From positions 868,001-932,000 of the forward strand of contig CM030333.1 of the NCBI GenBank assembly GCA_017654855.1: DNA of 64,000 bases, read 5' to 3'. Position 1 is the first letter of the stretch, and every line of letters starts with the position of its first letter. Shown here one piece after another: positions 61,901 through 64,000 of this stretch. The DNA is from Podospora anserina (taxonomy: Eukaryota). A model generated the notes under the pieces. It had not been told where the DNA came from and ran no database searches. It saw only the letters and a program-made list of their open reading frames with translations. The translations under genes were made by a program, and so were the position numbers.

Positions 61901-64000
61901 CTTTCGACTGCCCATCTATCATTAAGAGCGACCGAACCCATCGTTGCCTGCCCGAATACCGTCATAATTGACGGGATTGGACAGTGTGTTCGCCGCCGCC
62001 CCCCGAGCCAGAATCTCACGTCGAGGTTGCAATACCATGCTGGATTTTTGGTTGCCTCATACGTACCACCGCCATCCATCCGTTACTTATCAGGTGTCAG
62101 AGAGTCCTGAAGATGGCCGAGTCTAGCTCAATAGGGGAAAACCACCGGTGTTTGTTGCTGTCAGCTTTGAGCATCATGTGACAACCGAATGGGAGTCAAC
62201 AAACATTTTGCAAGGTCAACCTCCTTTTGTTACACCCTGGAAACTCCTTTTATTTGGAATAAAGGCGGCTAACATGATCCCAGACAAATGAAAGCCTGTA
62301 TATGATAAGGGCACAGCCAGAATCTCGGTCGTCTAGAGCCAACCCAGCACCCAACAAAGCAGATCTGATGGCCGGTCGATGGCCTGAGCAACATATTGCA
62401 GGGTGTTATGATGAAATGGCATGAGTAAGCCACATTATACGGGAATACCCAACCGTGCTAGTATGGCCGGTCAGACCTAGTAGCTAGCCCCCGTGCTTAT
62501 GCTGCAGGATGATATGTTTCTGGTTTAGGTCATGTTTCTTGTAGTCATTGCTCATCTGTAGACTGACCCTATTGTAAAACTTCTGCTACTAGTAGAGATT
62601 GGTAAACCAAGGGTTTCATTCTAAAGTAAGTGTACATCGCAATAATTCTTCATCGGTGTCAATAAGCTAACAATTATTACATGGCAGGTAATAACAGTTT
62701 GTCAACCGCAAAAAATATGAAACCCCACAACCTTGCATTTGACAGATTGACAACCCTTATTTTTATTTCAGGGGCACTTTGCTTTGATTATGTCCCCGGA
62801 CGCTTTAGTCTCCTCGAGAGACGTTCAAGCTTTGCTGCGTTGATCTGATCAACGACATGGAACTTTCCCGCCTATACTGAGCTTGTTCTGTTCGCAACAT
62901 CCAACAATAAACCTCCGAAAGCCGATTTCAAACCAACACACCAAGATACACGCCCAAGAGTAGTACCACCGGCATTCGACCACAGTGAGGGATGAAGATA
63001 TCTTTGATCGCATTGCGGTCGTCGATGTTGTTGGCTGGGTAGCCTATAATGTCGACGTGGTAGTTCTGTGCTCAAGGGCCGGGAAAGTACCAGTTCGTTT
63101 GAATGGCTGGTGCGGGTATCTATGCCGGCGTCCTCAATCAAACCAACGATCACCTCTGCTTGGATCGTTGTGCTCTAGAGACCGAGCCACTGATCCTCTA
63201 CGAGCTTGAGCTCTGATTCGAGGGGGCTGTTCCTGACGACGATAAGCTGCTGGTGGTGAAAGGTGACTCGTTGTTGGTGGAGTTGGGTTTGCTGTGAGAA
63301 AGATCTCGGCGAGTCTGTGTGAAGTCGGTGCCTCTTTTCCCATACCATTTCCCGGACGGGAGACGGCTGGTTGAACGAATAGGGGATGAGGCGAGCATGA
63401 CGAGGAACTCAATTCGGTGGCTTTGGCTCAGGGAGACGAGGGTGCTATAACCTTTGGGCGGGTTCAAACCCCCCCTTTAATAGGTGAGGGGGGATGCCCT
63501 CAGCCTCCATGTTTTGGCCCCCGACATGATGTGTGATCGACTCGCCGAGCTGGGTGGTTGAACTGGTTGCTGAATCAGCCTCTTACGATCTCCTCACTGG
63601 CATTCGACCACCCACGTCCTCCAAATGCTCGACGTTCAGCGGCAGTCCACCCAAACGACCATTTGTGCAACCCATGAATATGCGGCTAGATGGACAGAAT
63701 CAGGATAGTCATGGCCTAGGGCTGGACTGTAGGATAGGAGATGGTCTCGGCATCAGCGGTATGTGGGGGTTGGCGCAAGTCGACTGGGTGTTGGATGACG
63801 ATGGCGTCGCTTTGGGCTTGCTGCGTGTCAGCATCTAGGCCGTCCCAGCAGACAAGTGCTGATCAGCGAACGGCGGCCCTGTGATATGATATACGGCAGC
63901 GGCAGGTCAAAAAGGCGGAGGGACTGTGCAGAAAGAGCACATTGCATTTGTCACGGATACTACAGGTCACCTCTCACGTGAGTTTGACGGATGGTGGTGG

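Overview
Eukaryotic DNA from a filamentous ascomycete: short GT-AG introns with CTRAC branch points, and gene content and microsatellites most like Sordariales, probably Podospora (inference). Most listed ORFs are antisense or frame shadows; gene models were rebuilt by hand from splice signals. 1-24 kb is a dense housekeeping block of divergent pairs: FLC/TRP-like channel, Oma1, Mic12-like, mitochondrial L17, Utp25, eIF3f, an R3H/SUZ protein, a ZCCHC10-like zinc-knuckle/RS protein, Cwf18 and a PPR protein. 24-64 kb is gene-sparse: an orphan Pro-rich gene, two related tandem C2H2 factors, a GGCT-like pseudogene, a small Cys-rich protein, a cytochrome b5/MAPR protein, an Mgr3-like TPR protein, a bZIP factor and possible gene relics. 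No tRNA, rRNA, CRISPR or intact transposon was recognised. Most notable: (1) an apparent U2-type AT-AC intron needed to build the zinc knuckle of the RS-rich protein; (2) a 16-unit array of an A[CGT]GC[CG]T hexamer spaced mostly 21-22 bp apart with unique spacers at 24.47-24.80 kb; (3) a GC-AG intron in the Mic12-like gene; (4) a G10-run frameshift that disconnects a C-terminal Cys/His exon of a C2H2 factor. All protein family calls are from motif recognition, not database searches.
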